Sequence record: OZ346212.1
Length of the DNA: 64,000 nt
DNA from: a phage
Direction: 5' to 3' (one strand)
Shown: positions 8,311 through 18,216 of the stretch, one piece after another
Layout: each line of letters starts with the position of its first letter
Position numbering within the stretch: the stretch's first letter is position 1
Notes under the pieces: generated by a model
The model's database searches: none
Told to the model about the DNA's origin: nothing
What the model saw: the letters and a program-made list of their open reading frames with translations, nothing else
Translations under genes and position numbers: made by a program

Positions 8311-11300
8311 ATGCTTCCAATCCCTTTGCTAAAACTTGGTCGTCATTTCCTCGATAAGAGGGGTGGAATTAAGGAACTTGCTGTTCTGTCATACCCAATA
8401 GACAACAGTGATGGTACAAGCAACACAGTATCCTATGTAAATAGCTTAGCTATACTTTTTGATGATGGTCAGCTTAATATTACTGGCTATAACAAGTTCG
8501 GAGAGTGCCGCACTGGGGATCGTAGCCCTATAAACTATCCGAGCGAAACAGCCTGGAATGTTGATCATGTGTGGAGAGCAGACCGCGCGTTTGTGATCCG
8601 GACTTTTGATAACCAGTTTTTCTACATCGGCTGCACTGCAGGTCTTATCGGATCCACTGCGGCAGGCGGTAATGATGTTTGCGTAAACGAGTGGACACCA
8701 CTCCCAGAGCAGATTGTTAAAGGATTGCACCTTGACACCCACCCAGAACGCCTTATTGAGGTGATGGGCGGTATTAACAACACTGTCTGGGTTATTGCAG
8801 AGGCAGAAGGTACTGGCATACTTAACCTGTATGGATCTGGTAACAACACCTACGGATCTTTGCATGTAGATAAAAATCAGCATGCAACCCCTGTAAAGAT
8901 TGGTGAGACATCGGAAAATCCTGAAACAGGCCCTTGGAAAAACCCAAGCATCAACTGTGAGGTGCATGACAACTCTGTTATTTTCGGTGGTCCTAGGGGT
9001 TTCTGGATTGCTGGATACGACTTTCTGAGAAATAACAGTAGAAACGACCTTGTTTGGCCTCCTGTGCAGATTACTCGTAACGATTTGAGGGGCATTCCTG
9101 CAGATGAGGAGTGGAAAGGGTTTATGTGTGGTCCTAACGGGGCAGTAATTGCTACACAGAGGATGCATAGACCCGATGACCAGCAGCTTGTTAACGTATT
9201 TTATGGTCAAAACATTTGGGGAGATGATACATGGCGGGAACTGAATATCACCTACACCCATGAGGTAATGATGGCTCGTGGGTACGGCACAAGTGGCATT
9301 TTCTTCAATAATGGCACTAAGCAGTATCGTGGGTTCTCTCGCAACTTATGTAATGATATTGGTGCACAATCTGCAAACAATAGTCCTAGGGCCGATTTTA
9401 TCCACTATCAAGCTCTTGCTACAGCTAAATATGTTGAGCAACGCCTGCCAGTCAGCTGGACAGAGAGTGTTTATTTCCAAGGCATCCACAGAGAAGGTTT
9501 CTTAGGGACCTTTACTGTTGTTAATGGTAAACTTTGGTGGTCAGGTATCCCAAGGGGAAGTTTTACAGGCTCTAATAACCTGTTTGGCGGCAGACTTAAT
9601 AGTCAGGGGTTCACAGAGGTTCCTGAGAATTGGTATAAAAATGTCCCAGTAGACAGTTGGGGCGTTGATGATATTTTCGACGTTAATGGTGTTAGCAGTG
9701 TTAGCAATATCTACATTGGTGACACGGTCAAGATGAAATTGAAGCCTCAGCCAGAGGGAGCTACGTTCATCATTGACAAGATTGAACTGGTGAATGCTGC
9801 AGGTACGGTTGTTACAGATGCAAATTACCAATTCTCCACCAACTGGAACCACGGCGGGGCCAACGAAGTTGTTGTTACCCAGTATAACAGAAATGTTAAC
9901 AGACGTGGCCTGTACTCTGTAAAAATAACCTATCATGACAAGCATGGCACAGGCAGAACTCACACGACAAGGACTTTGAACTGGAACACCATAGTTCCTG
10001 CGTATCCGTCCAACGGCAAGTGGCATACCGTTGGTAGAAACAAGCAGTTCCATGTTAACGATACTGTATACTTTGGGCTGAATGGGACCCAGCCTGCAGT
10101 AGAAGGGGATACATCGTATATGGTCAGACTCCACAGAATGGATGCTGGATCAGTCACTTATGATGTGACCCAAGAGATCTACGATCAAAGACGCGCCACG
10201 TATGACAATATTGTGAAAACACAAGCCTTGTGGGAGTTCAATCCTAATGGCAAGGGTGGTAAAATGTTGCAGGTTAATGAGCAGAACGGAACGTCGTTGA
10301 CTGTTCACGAACACCCAGACCCTTGGCCTGATCCTGGAAAACCTCACCCGGGAGCTCGTACACTGAAAATTGTCAGCCATGATGCAGGATATTTCGGAAT
10401 ACGCTGGGAAGCTACAGTAAGATATGTCGACGGGACAACAAACAACATAGGGATTACACTTGGCGGCACTAGTGAAGATAGCTCGCTGAAAATTGCCTAC
10501 ACGCCCAGAGGTATCTCTATTGATAATATGGATGTTGTTCGCAATGGTTACGGCGATGTGAATGTCAAAGTTACTCTTGGCGAACATCTTGGTGGGGAAA
10601 GGATCATCATGTATGCCTTTGATCATGATCCACGCACCAATGGAACTTATGCAAATCAGGCATGGAGTTACCTGATAAATGCACCTGAGCCGAATACTAA
10701 AGAGTTCTACTATGGCATGAAGCGAGATGTGTGCAAGAAAACAGGAACACATGACTGGATTGCTATCTGCGTTAAAGATGAGCGCACAGCTTGGGATGAG
10801 CCTGTTAACAGATGGTTCATAGGTATTCCTACCAGAAGTGATAAGTATGTCGCAGAATATATTGTATGCATGGGCGGTACCAACCTAAACATGTGTTGGA
10901 ACGAAGATGTAAACAAATACTCTGATTATGACTATATGAGGGATTACTCTTGTAATTTGTGGTTTAACCAAACTACAGGTTACCCTCCAAGACAGGCGAG
11001 AGTAAACCCTGCAATCTTCACAGACACGCAGGTTTTCTTGACAAAACAGGCCAACGAGGTTCAGACCTTCAAGAATAAATACGATCCTAACAAGTGGTTC
11101 TACAACTGTTACGGCGCATTTTTCTGGGGACCTGGTGAGTTACCTGGTGGTGGATCTTGCTTGAATGAGGCAACTTACGCAAGTGACTACATCATGGGGC
11201 AGGTCAAGAAGTATAAGATAATCCCCGGTCCTGAGACTTTGGGCAATGCCGTTGACCCTTATATCATCATGACTGCACTGAGATCAAACATGGATGGGAC

Positions 11301-13947
11301 ATCCATGTCCATGCAAATTCCGGTAACAAACGGATACAAACGTGTTGTGATGATCATTAAGTGCGACCTGATAGGTAAACAAGTTCTTGCAGAAAACGGG
11401 ACATCCACACATCCTTTTGAGATCGCTCTGCACTATCAGTTTGCTGACTCACCTTTTGCAGGGGATAAGAGAATATCTGATACAGACGCACAGCGTTGTA
11501 AGAAAGTATTGTTGGGTGCAGGTTGGTGGTGGTATGAGTTTGATTTAACAGACAAATTCACCGACACGTCTAAAGTTGTAACAGGACTTCGTCTAGACCT
11601 TGGCGAGAACATGCACAAAGCTGTTTGTGATGGCACCTATGGTGACCCTACAATATACCTAAAATATGTTTCTTTTGAGCATCCGGAAGATGTTGTCTAC
11701 GGTCCAAAACTGAGATTGTTTGGCAGCTGGATTGCAAAAGATAGGGTAGGCATGGGTAAGAAGGTAAGAGGGTTCTTGGTTGATGCAGGAACAGAAGACA
11801 TGCTGGTTAATGCAGTATGGCCTGAATTACCTGGGACTCAGTGGGACAACTCAGCCAAATCTATAAACTGGTTTAACATTCATAGGGCCATGTGGACCAC
11901 TAACTGCTACTTGTGGAGAGAGCTTAACGATCAGGCCTTTGGATTCAGCGAGGGTAGAAGGATGGCGATCATTTGCTGGACAACACTGCAAAGATGTTAT
12001 GACCATGACTATGAGATTGGAGGCAGGGCATGGAAAAATATCAGGGATAGAATCATAACCAATTTTGCAGACGACAACGGTGGTGGAGCACATAACTTTG
12101 GCACAAGCCGACTCATCCATTTGAACGGATCCTCAGCCTACAAGAAAGAAGGTTACTCTGGGTCTATGATCGAGCGGGGTCTGGTGAAAGATGCTCGCGT
12201 ATTGATGGGCCAGCAACTTGCTGCCGCAGTAGGTCCCAGCGCAGTGCAGTCGGTTAAACCAGCGTGGTTCGATATTCCATTGTGGTCACCCGGAACACCG
12301 GGAACTGCTGCAATCAACCCTACCACTGGGGATCTGGAAATCTCCTGGGAAGACCTGAAGCAGGTCGGTGGTTGGGACAAAACAGGGTATCAGGTTCAAT
12401 GGTGGAGGGCTGACGGATCTTTAGCCGCTGATGAGTTTGTTAAGGACAATTTCTACACTATGTCCTCTGCAAAAGCACAGCAATTATTTGGTCAGGCAAC
12501 TCCGTCAACGATCACCATGTCTATGTGCTGTAAAGACAACAGGACTGGAGCTTTGGGGCCAAGGGTTGCTAAAGTTTTCTCAGGTATTAAATGGAATCTA
12601 CCTGTCCAAAGTATTTCATGGAAGCAAATAGGTGATAACAAGCTGCTGGTTACCCCTGCCTGTCAGTTCAACGCAACTCTTAACGTTGATCCTGCTGTTG
12701 CGGCAAACTCAGCTAAAGCTTCTGACTTCTCTGTGTCTAACACTGCTATGGCAGATGTGAGGAAGATTGACACGCTGAACGCCAGAATTACCTGTAAAAA
12801 CACTTATGGCACATTCCAAATCATCAACAACTTCACAGATGCTGATTCTAAGGTAGTGAGGACAGCAAGCCAGACTCTGAGTTTAGGAACTCTGGCCTAT
12901 GCGGCCCTGATCACCGAACAGTCGGCAACACTCCAAGGAGGTGGTGTAGGCAAGTCCATTACAACACCTGTGTGGAAGCCAAATGAGTGGGTTGTGTTTG
13001 ATTTGACTGTGGACTTCTCCAGCGATAATAACTGGACATGGGTAAGGAATTGTTTGTCACAGTTGATGGGCGGTCCAAGCTCCGTTAGTGATAGTCACGA
13101 CTCTACTGACCCGAGTGTGTTCCAGGTAGGTAAAACTCACCCAGAGACTGGAGAAACGTTGCCTGACAGGAAGTATGCTTTGGTTTGCATCTCTTACGGG
13201 AAGGCAGATGTCGCCTTCTCAGGGACACACACTTATAACGGAACCTACAACTTCTCAAGGAAGTATAGTCTCAAAGCAGGGAACATTATAGACGAGGTTG
13301 GTGCGCTGTATAATCCGGGCAACGGCATAGGGATTGTTGGTGGTAAACTGCAGATGCAGGAACCTTCTATTACCCCTTCCAACGTATCCGGGATTAGAAA
13401 GACTTGGGAAAGTAGTAATACCAACATTGCAACAGTGGATGCCACCACAGGACTGGTAACATTTAAAGCTACTGGGAATGTCACCATAAAGTTTGTAGTT
13501 ACTGATGATGTAGGGCGCAAAACGTCTTCAACATCTTTTACTGTCAAACAGATGGCACCACAGTGGAGAATGTGGATAGGTACAGCAACAAACGGGGCAT
13601 ACCCTAATCCGTCAGGTACTTCTGGTATGAAGACTTTCTCTACAAGCAAACCGATGGAGTACGGCAGCGGTCCTAAGGTAGGGCAGATGGTGTACTTTGG
13701 TGCGTATATTCCTGAAATTATAGGGCTTCCTAGAAGTCAGCTTCAGTTGCTGTTTGGGGCTGGTGTTGACGATCTTGCCACTTTCGGGTATAGCGACAAC
13801 ATCGAGGCTGCAAGGAGTTCAGGATGGGTAGGGTTCAGAATGGAGTCTGGAAAGGAAGGCAGGATTCTAGGGACAGCCTCTATAGGTGTTATGTTCCCTG
13901 GTGACCAGCAGTATCGTCTAGAAGCCTACGCAACCTTTTCTCGTTAA
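8311..13947 (+). CDS. giant multi-domain structural protein (1878 aa), putative tail fiber/adhesin with RCC1-like, FN3-like and Big_2-like segments
   Basis: Single uninterrupted ORF; N-terminal repeats (GYNKFGECRTGD, YGSGNNTYGSLHVD) resemble RCC1 propeller blades; near C-terminus ...IRKTWESSNTNIATVDATTGLVTFKATGNVTIKFVVTD matches the bacterial Ig-like group 2 pattern. Confidence 0.8.
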   Translation: MLPIPLLKLGRHFLDKRGGIKELAVLSYPIDNSDGTSNTVSYVNSLAILFDDGQLNITGYNKFGECRTGDRSPINYPSETAWNVDHVWRADRAFVIRTFDNQFFYIGCTAGLIGSTAAGGNDVCVNEWTPLPEQIVKGLHLDTHPERLIEVMGGINNTVWVIAEAEGTGILNLYGSGNNTYGSLHVDKNQHATPVKIGETSENPETGPWKNPSINCEVHDNSVIFGGPRGFWIAGYDFLRNNSRNDLVWPPVQITRNDLRGIPADEEWKGFMCGPNGAVIATQRMHRPDDQQLVNVFYGQNIWGDDTWRELNITYTHEVMMARGYGTSGIFFNNGTKQYRGFSRNLCNDIGAQSANNSPRADFIHYQALATAKYVEQRLPVSWTESVYFQGIHREGFLGTFTVVNGKLWWSGIPRGSFTGSNNLFGGRLNSQGFTEVPENWYKNVPVDSWGVDDIFDVNGVSSVSNIYIGDTVKMKLKPQPEGATFIIDKIELVNAAGTVVTDANYQFSTNWNHGGANEVVVTQYNRNVNRRGLYSVKITYHDKHGTGRTHTTRTLNWNTIVPAYPSNGKWHTVGRNKQFHVNDTVYFGLNGTQPAVEGDTSYMVRLHRMDAGSVTYDVTQEIYDQRRATYDNIVKTQALWEFNPNGKGGKMLQVNEQNGTSLTVHEHPDPWPDPGKPHPGARTLKIVSHDAGYFGIRWEATVRYVDGTTNNIGITLGGTSEDSSLKIAYTPRGISIDNMDVVRNGYGDVNVKVTLGEHLGGERIIMYAFDHDPRTNGTYANQAWSYLINAPEPNTKEFYYGMKRDVCKKTGTHDWIAICVKDERTAWDEPVNRWFIGIPTRSDKYVAEYIVCMGGTNLNMCWNEDVNKYSDYDYMRDYSCNLWFNQTTGYPPRQARVNPAIFTDTQVFLTKQANEVQTFKNKYDPNKWFYNCYGAFFWGPGELPGGGSCLNEATYASDYIMGQVKKYKIIPGPETLGNAVDPYIIMTALRSNMDGTSMSMQIPVTNGYKRVVMIIKCDLIGKQVLAENGTSTHPFEIALHYQFADSPFAGDKRISDTDAQRCKKVLLGAGWWWYEFDLTDKFTDTSKVVTGLRLDLGENMHKAVCDGTYGDPTIYLKYVSFEHPEDVVYGPKLRLFGSWIAKDRVGMGKKVRGFLVDAGTEDMLVNAVWPELPGTQWDNSAKSINWFNIHRAMWTTNCYLWRELNDQAFGFSEGRRMAIICWTTLQRCYDHDYEIGGRAWKNIRDRIITNFADDNGGGAHNFGTSRLIHLNGSSAYKKEGYSGSMIERGLVKDARVLMGQQLAAAVGPSAVQSVKPAWFDIPLWSPGTPGTAAINPTTGDLEISWEDLKQVGGWDKTGYQVQWWRADGSLAADEFVKDNFYTMSSAKAQQLFGQATPSTITMSMCCKDNRTGALGPRVAKVFSGIKWNLPVQSISWKQIGDNKLLVTPACQFNATLNVDPAVAANSAKASDFSVSNTAMADVRKIDTLNARITCKNTYGTFQIINNFTDADSKVVRTASQTLSLGTLAYAALITEQSATLQGGGVGKSITTPVWKPNEWVVFDLTVDFSSDNNWTWVRNCLSQLMGGPSSVSDSHDSTDPSVFQVGKTHPETGETLPDRKYALVCISYGKADVAFSGTHTYNGTYNFSRKYSLKAGNIIDEVGALYNPGNGIGIVGGKLQMQEPSITPSNVSGIRKTWESSNTNIATVDATTGLVTFKATGNVTIKFVVTDDVGRKTSSTSFTVKQMAPQWRMWIGTATNGAYPNPSGTSGMKTFSTSKPMEYGSGPKVGQMVYFGAYIPEIIGLPRSQLQLLFGAGVDDLATFGYSDNIEAARSSGWVGFRMESGKEGRILGTASIGVMFPGDQQYRLEAYATFSR

Positions 13948-13960
13948 CAAGGGGATAAAT

Positions 13961-13990
13961 AAAAAGGGGCCAAACGGCCCCTTTCTTTTT
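13961..13990. terminator. bidirectional rho-independent terminator between convergent operons
   Basis: AAAAA-GGGGCC-aaac-GGCCCC-TTTCTTTTT; A-tract upstream and T-tract downstream. Confidence 0.75.
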
Positions 13991-13994
13991 ATAG

Positions 13995-14195
13995 TTAGTA
14001 ATACTCCCAACATGCCCCATCTTCAGACGGCTTGACGCGCTTACCTTTATGGTCAACATAGGTATAGCCACAACCTTCACAAATAACAGGTGCTGCATAG
14101 CCTTCCTTCCACTGATCCTCAGTGATCAGACCTTCCAAATCTTTGCAGTCAAAGCCAAACAACTCTTCAGAGCAATCTTTACAAAAATCAGCCAT
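13995..14195 (-). CDS. small Cys-rich zinc-ribbon-like protein (66 aa)
   Basis: ORF with two CxxC pairs (CKDC...CEGC), SD GAGGA upstream. Confidence 0.55.
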   Translation of the reverse strand: MADFCKDCSEELFGFDCKDLEGLITEDQWKEGYAAPVICEGCGYTYVDHKGKRVKPSEDGACWEYY

Positions 14196-14198
14196 TTC

Positions 14199-14606
14199 TC
14201 AGTCCTCGCATTTAACAAATTTTTCTATAGATCCACCAAGCACAGCTTGTTGTTTGATGGCACTTTCTTCATCATAGTGGATAGACTTATGTTCCGTACC
14301 TCCAAACTTACCTGTGTGGAAGGTGTGCACCCAAATCTCTTTAGGAAGGGATTTATTCTCTTCCTCCACCAACTCCCACATACCCCACAAGTGATCTGTG
14401 ATATCTCTGATGAAATATCCCTCGCCGAGGTTTGTATTCACACTGTAAGCTGATTCGTGATCTCCGCAAATATAACGGAAGGCAGTGTACTCTTTACCTG
14501 GTGTGAAGTGAGTATCCATTAGTATGGCTGTTAAAGAATAAGGGTCTCGAAAGCCCAAGAACTTTAGTTTAACAATTTCGACATTTACATCTGCAAGATT
14601 ATCCAT
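14199..14606 (-). CDS. hypothetical protein (135 aa)
   Basis: Start moved to ATG 14606 (MDNLADV...) because SD GAGGAG and a - strand promoter lie inside the longer track ORF 14199..14663. Confidence 0.6.
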   Translation of the reverse strand: MDNLADVNVEIVKLKFLGFRDPYSLTAILMDTHFTPGKEYTAFRYICGDHESAYSVNTNLGEGYFIRDITDHLWGMWELVEEENKSLPKEIWVHTFHTGKFGGTEHKSIHYDEESAIKQQAVLGGSIEKFVKCED

Positions 14607-14634
14607 GACGATCTCCTCTGTTTGGTTGGTGAGA

Positions 14635-14664
14635 ATTATATATAGATCTGGTGGTGGCGTCAAG
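14635..14664 (-). promoter_or_regulatory. sigma70-like promoter on - strand (TTGACG-N18-TATAAT)
   Basis: Reverse complement of 14659..14664 is TTGACG and of 14635..14640 is TATAAT. Confidence 0.55.
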
Positions 14665-14767
14665 CTTAATTTTAAGAGATCTGAGAGGGTATTTTATTCA
14701 GGAAGGCAATCGCACAGGGTGGAGAAATTTATGAAGGCACAGGCCTCGTTTGAGGCCTTAAATTCTA

Positions 14768-15148
14768 TTATGACACTTTGACATAGCGCTCTGACAAAGC
14801 TGGGAAGCCAAAAGTAGTGCCTATACTACCATAGGCTATCCACCATTGGAGTTCATCGTGACACCATTTTCCGATCAGGAAGGTGCTGGGATAGCGGGTC
14901 AGTATTTTGGCATAAGCTTTAGGATCTGCATCTTCTGGGATAATGATGCTTGGAATATCTTTGTTATGACCACAGCAGCAGTTTAGCGTTTTCAAACCTG
15001 CTGCCCACAAACTCATGATAGGCTTAGCCATACACTTATCAAGGCACACACGTTTTTTGCCGTCACGAAGATTTTTAGGCACATCAACGATAACATTTGG
15101 ATGCTTGGCACCTTTTACTTTCCAATTATAGGATTTACACTTGCACAT
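14768..15148 (-). CDS. hypothetical Cys-rich protein (126 aa)
   Basis: ORF with SD GGAGAC upstream; multiple Cys clusters (CKCK, CLDKC, CCCGH) suggest metal binding. Confidence 0.6.
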   Translation of the reverse strand: MCKCKSYNWKVKGAKHPNVIVDVPKNLRDGKKRVCLDKCMAKPIMSLWAAGLKTLNCCCGHNKDIPSIIIPEDADPKAYAKILTRYPSTFLIGKWCHDELQWWIAYGSIGTTFGFPALSERYVKVS

Positions 15149-15198
15149 TTAATCAGTCTCCGTCTAGAAAGCCGCACTATACGTTTTTGAGGTATACT

Positions 15199-15369
15199 TT
15201 ACTTAAAGTCTTTATCACCTGCCACGATTGCATGAATCCACTCATTGTGATGCTCAATAGCGGTGAGATGTAACATGATGTAGTGATCGTCATTGCCAAA
15301 CATGATATGATAGGCTTTGGCAGCATTTTGATATAACTTCCACATCAGGTAATGATATCTTCGCCTCAT
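15199..15369 (-). CDS. hypothetical small protein (56 aa), not in ORF track
   Basis: ATG preceded by GGAGTAAGAG; fills the gap between flanking - strand genes. Confidence 0.4.
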   Translation of the reverse strand: MRRRYHYLMWKLYQNAAKAYHIMFGNDDHYIMLHLTAIEHHNEWIHAIVAGDKDFK

Positions 15370-15374
15370 GGCTC

Positions 15375-15845
15375 TTACTCCGGTTCAGGATCTGGGTAAT
15401 CTTCAATAATAAAGGGCCATCCGTTCCGCTTAGCCTCAGACTTATACTCAATCTCCTTCATTGCAAACTCTAACTGATTCTTAGCCGGAATACATGCCGG
15501 AGAATCATCAATCCAGATATCTGGGTAGATATCAAACTGCGCCAGGTAGGCTGCCTTCTGAACACCACCTGTGTAGAACACACCAACATCGAGCTCCTTG
15601 CGCCAATACTCAATGTCTACATTGTCTTGAGTAATGAATCGGAAAGTCACAAGGTAGACTGTCCACCCCTCCTTCTTCAGATCCCTGATCAGGCGGGAGA
15701 AGATGAAAGGGCTCGCATTAAACGTTCCATCAAAGTCGATGGCAATGATGTGCGTGCCGTGGCGAGTCTCATATGGATTGCTCGTGGTAAGATTGCTGTA
15801 ATTAAAAGGGACTTCTTCCCCGCAGTAGCTGTAGTCCATATTCAC
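15375..15845 (-). CDS. HAD-superfamily hydrolase, putative nucleotidase/phosphatase (156 aa)
   Basis: Motif I IIAIDFDGT (DxDxT) of HAD-like phosphatases; SD AAGGTG upstream. Confidence 0.65.
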   Translation of the reverse strand: MNMDYSYCGEEVPFNYSNLTTSNPYETRHGTHIIAIDFDGTFNASPFIFSRLIRDLKKEGWTVYLVTFRFITQDNVDIEYWRKELDVGVFYTGGVQKAAYLAQFDIYPDIWIDDSPACIPAKNQLEFAMKEIEYKSEAKRNGWPFIIEDYPDPEPE

Positions 15846-16117
15846 ACCTTCTCGTTGATAAATTTACGGGCGGTTTGGTGAGTTGTTTCTGCTGTCTTCA
15901 GAATGATATTAATTTTATCGTCAAGATCATTCATCTCGGCAGTTAATTCAGGAATCTCTCCGGCATGCATGGTGAAATCATACATAGACATGCCCAAGAT
16001 CTCATTGATGCGGCGGTTGCATTCTGCAGCACGCTGGTTCATTTTCCAAGCTAACACCAAAGCCTCCTGCGTAGCCTCTAGTGCAAAATCTAATACGTCG
16101 GCCTCTTCTTTCGTCAT
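15842..16117 (-). CDS. hypothetical protein (91 aa)
   Basis: ORF with SD GGAGAG, start overlaps downstream gene. Confidence 0.6.
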   Translation of the reverse strand: MTKEEADVLDFALEATQEALVLAWKMNQRAAECNRRINEILGMSMYDFTMHAGEIPELTAEMNDLDDKINIILKTAETTHQTARKFINEKV

Positions 16118-16174
16118 CTTAGTCTCTCCTGTTGTATTGTTGGTAGGTGTATGAATACCTTATAACTCACCTTT

Positions 16175-16741
16175 TTATTCAAACTGCAATAGTAAGTCCA
16201 CCACCGCGCTAGGTCTGTCAACAAATTCCCCAGGTCCACATGCCCACAGAGGGTATCCGTCTACATACCGCCAAATCCAACCTGCAGTGTGGAGTTCGAG
16301 CAGGGCAGTACCGTCCTTACTGTCAACCACTCTTTCCCACAGTGTCGGGCAGCGAAGCTTGAGGATCGGATCCCCTCCCTTATACCCATCCATGTAGATA
16401 CCCATTGCAAAGTTCAGCATCATCTTTTTGTGCACTGATCTTTTACTGAGGGTACTCATCACTTCCTCTTTGTGAATGTTTGTAAGCTTCTCCTTGGCTA
16501 CCCGCAGATCGTTGCAACCATTGTTCAGCAGATCTTCCAGACACTTGATCCGAAGGTCGTGAATGTCTTTGTCGTGTACCGTTGGCACAGGGTCGTAGCG
16601 GTATAGCACTGTTGATACAAGGTTGCTCGGGTGTGGGTCTGACAGCAACCCATAACCCCAATACTCTTCTGTATCTGAAAGGACAAGACACCCAATGTCT
16701 CTGTCAAGCTTTCCTGTGTTGTAAGCCACATTGACCGCCAT
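16175..16741 (-). CDS. hypothetical protein (188 aa)
   Basis: ORF in - strand operon with SD-like GGAGC upstream. Confidence 0.6.
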   Translation of the reverse strand: MAVNVAYNTGKLDRDIGCLVLSDTEEYWGYGLLSDPHPSNLVSTVLYRYDPVPTVHDKDIHDLRIKCLEDLLNNGCNDLRVAKEKLTNIHKEEVMSTLSKRSVHKKMMLNFAMGIYMDGYKGGDPILKLRCPTLWERVVDSKDGTALLELHTAGWIWRYVDGYPLWACGPGEFVDRPSAVVDLLLQFE

Positions 16742-16743
16742 GA

Positions 16744-16989
16744 CTATAGCTCCACTAGCAAAGTGCTTTCAAAGTGACGTTCATGCAGACCGTTGTAAGG
16801 GACCACTTCCACAACGCCATCACGGACATATGGGGCCATCATGGTGGTATAATCTCCAAACGGGTTGGTATTGTCACTAACCACAACCACCTTCTGCCCT
16901 TCCTTGGCAGAGTGCCAAATAGATCTGCACTTCATCAGGTGTTCGAGAGCCCCAGGTAAAATTTTGTTACGTTCTTTACGGGTCTTCAT
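16744..16989 (-). CDS. hypothetical protein (81 aa)
   Basis: ORF with SD AAGGAG upstream. Confidence 0.6.
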   Translation of the reverse strand: MKTRKERNKILPGALEHLMKCRSIWHSAKEGQKVVVVSDNTNPFGDYTTMMAPYVRDGVVEVVPYNGLHERHFESTLLVEL

Positions 16990-17435
16990 AACAGGTATAG
17001 CTCCTTATGAAAGTGATCTTTTAATTTCTCACTGAGAAACTTCTTGATACCTTCCTCTAAAGTGTTTTCGATGTAGTCCAGCTTAACTGCTTCGATGGAC
17101 ATATCATAGATCGCCAGCTCTAAGCTGTCAAGTCCCATCATAGCATGAACCATAAGATTTTCATCTTCAGATACATTCAGGGGACTTCCTATAACATCTG
17201 GAGGCAGAATAGTTTCCCAATTATTCTGGGTGGTAGTTCTCCCTCCCTCTACTTTACGGCGCAGTTCGAATGTGTTCTTAGTGTAGAACACTTCATAAGA
17301 AACGATACGACTGTCGCTCTCGTAATAAACGAAGTTCAGGTAGGAGCCTAGCCGCAGTCGGCAAACTTCTACCCCAAACCATTGTTTCTTATAAGAATTC
17401 AGGCTAATGCTGTCGCATTCACGTTTGCTCAACAC
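16986..17435 (-). CDS. hypothetical protein (149 aa; start GTG 17435 or TTG 17432)
   Basis: ORF preceded by AAGGAGAGAG; non-ATG start. Confidence 0.55.
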   Translation of the reverse strand: MLSKRECDSISLNSYKKQWFGVEVCRLRLGSYLNFVYYESDSRIVSYEVFYTKNTFELRRKVEGGRTTTQNNWETILPPDVIGSPLNVSEDENLMVHAMMGLDSLELAIYDMSIEAVKLDYIENTLEEGIKKFLSEKLKDHFHKELYLL

Positions 17436-17451
17436 GGCTCTCTCCTTTTTG

Positions 17452-17688
17452 TTAATCTTCGTAAATCAGGATTTCTGCTTTAGGTTTTCGTGCTTTCATG
17501 TCCAGCTCTATCCAGTGCACCATAGCTGTTTCAAGAAAAACAGCCTGGATGCATCCGTCCTCAGCAGCGTGTCCTAGCAGCATAACAAGATCTTCTCCTT
17601 CGTCATCTGCACCACGAACATACAGAATCTCCCCGGGTTCAAAATCTTTAACAACCTGATTGTTGGATAATTTACGAATTTTCGCCAT
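17452..17688 (-). CDS. small protein, member 4 of tandem paralog array (78 aa)
   Basis: Shares the PGE..V....DDEG...V..L...WIELDMK pattern with the three upstream 87-aa genes. Confidence 0.6.
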   Translation of the reverse strand: MAKIRKLSNNQVVKDFEPGEILYVRGADDEGEDLVMLLGHAAEDGCIQAVFLETAMVHWIELDMKARKPKAEILIYED

Positions 17689-17689
17689 A

Positions 17690-17953
17690 TTAGAAACCCT
17701 CTAAAAAGCTCTTGTAGAAAATAATTTCAGTATCTACACCAGTCACGATCTTATCGTTCCTGATTTCATCTGTAAGGTAGGTGTCAAAACGCAGAACCTG
17801 TGTGGTGTTGTCACACATCCACTCAGCTGTGACCATTGCGAAAATCTTAGCATCTTCATTATCTGGTGTGAATGTTACCACCTCACCGCACTTAAACTTT
17901 TCGATAGGCTGAGTGTTAGCTTTCGGTTCTGCGATAGTGATTTTTGTGGTCAT
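17690..17953 (-). CDS. small protein, member 3 of tandem paralog array (87 aa)
   Basis: SD GGAGGAG; motif F.CGEVV...IVTGVDTEIIFY parallels the neighbours. Confidence 0.65.
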   Translation of the reverse strand: MTTKITIAEPKANTQPIEKFKCGEVVTFTPDNEDAKIFAMVTAEWMCDNTTQVLRFDTYLTDEIRNDKIVTGVDTEIIFYKSFLEGF

Positions 17954-18216
17954 TATTCTCCTCCTTCTTTTGAATAGCTTGTCTCTCCAAGGATGGTAAT
18001 TTTGGTGTCAAGCTCTGTAACTTTCATGTTTGGCGGCAGATCGTACAACTCATTATTTTCTAAATCGAACCCCCACACACAATGTTCTCCTGTTTTGACA
18101 ATCATAACTATGTTTTGAATGCCGTCTCCGTCGCAACTTACCACAGTCCCACACGGAAAGCTGTCTGCACGCTTTTTGTTCTTCACCTTAGAATTGAATA
18201 CAATGCTGGTAGCCAT
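17953..18216 (-). CDS. small protein, member 2 of tandem paralog array (87 aa)
   Basis: SD GGAGGA; CGTVVSCDGDG...VTELDTKITILGE aligns with 18216..18479 product. Confidence 0.65.
   Translation of the reverse strand: MATSIVFNSKVKNKKRADSFPCGTVVSCDGDGIQNIVMIVKTGEHCVWGFDLENNELYDLPPNMKVTELDTKITILGETSYSKEGGE

Noticed and set aside
8446-13649. Many - strand track ORFs (up to 271 aa) inside the 1878-aa gene
   Set aside because: All are antisense to one long uninterrupted + strand ORF with protein-like domains; no RBS or operon context; typical antisense artefacts.
14768-15148. Possible HNH or endonuclease VII-type nuclease call for the Cys-rich 126-aa protein
   Set aside because: Cys clusters are present but the H-N-H residues are not in a recognisable arrangement; kept as hypothetical.
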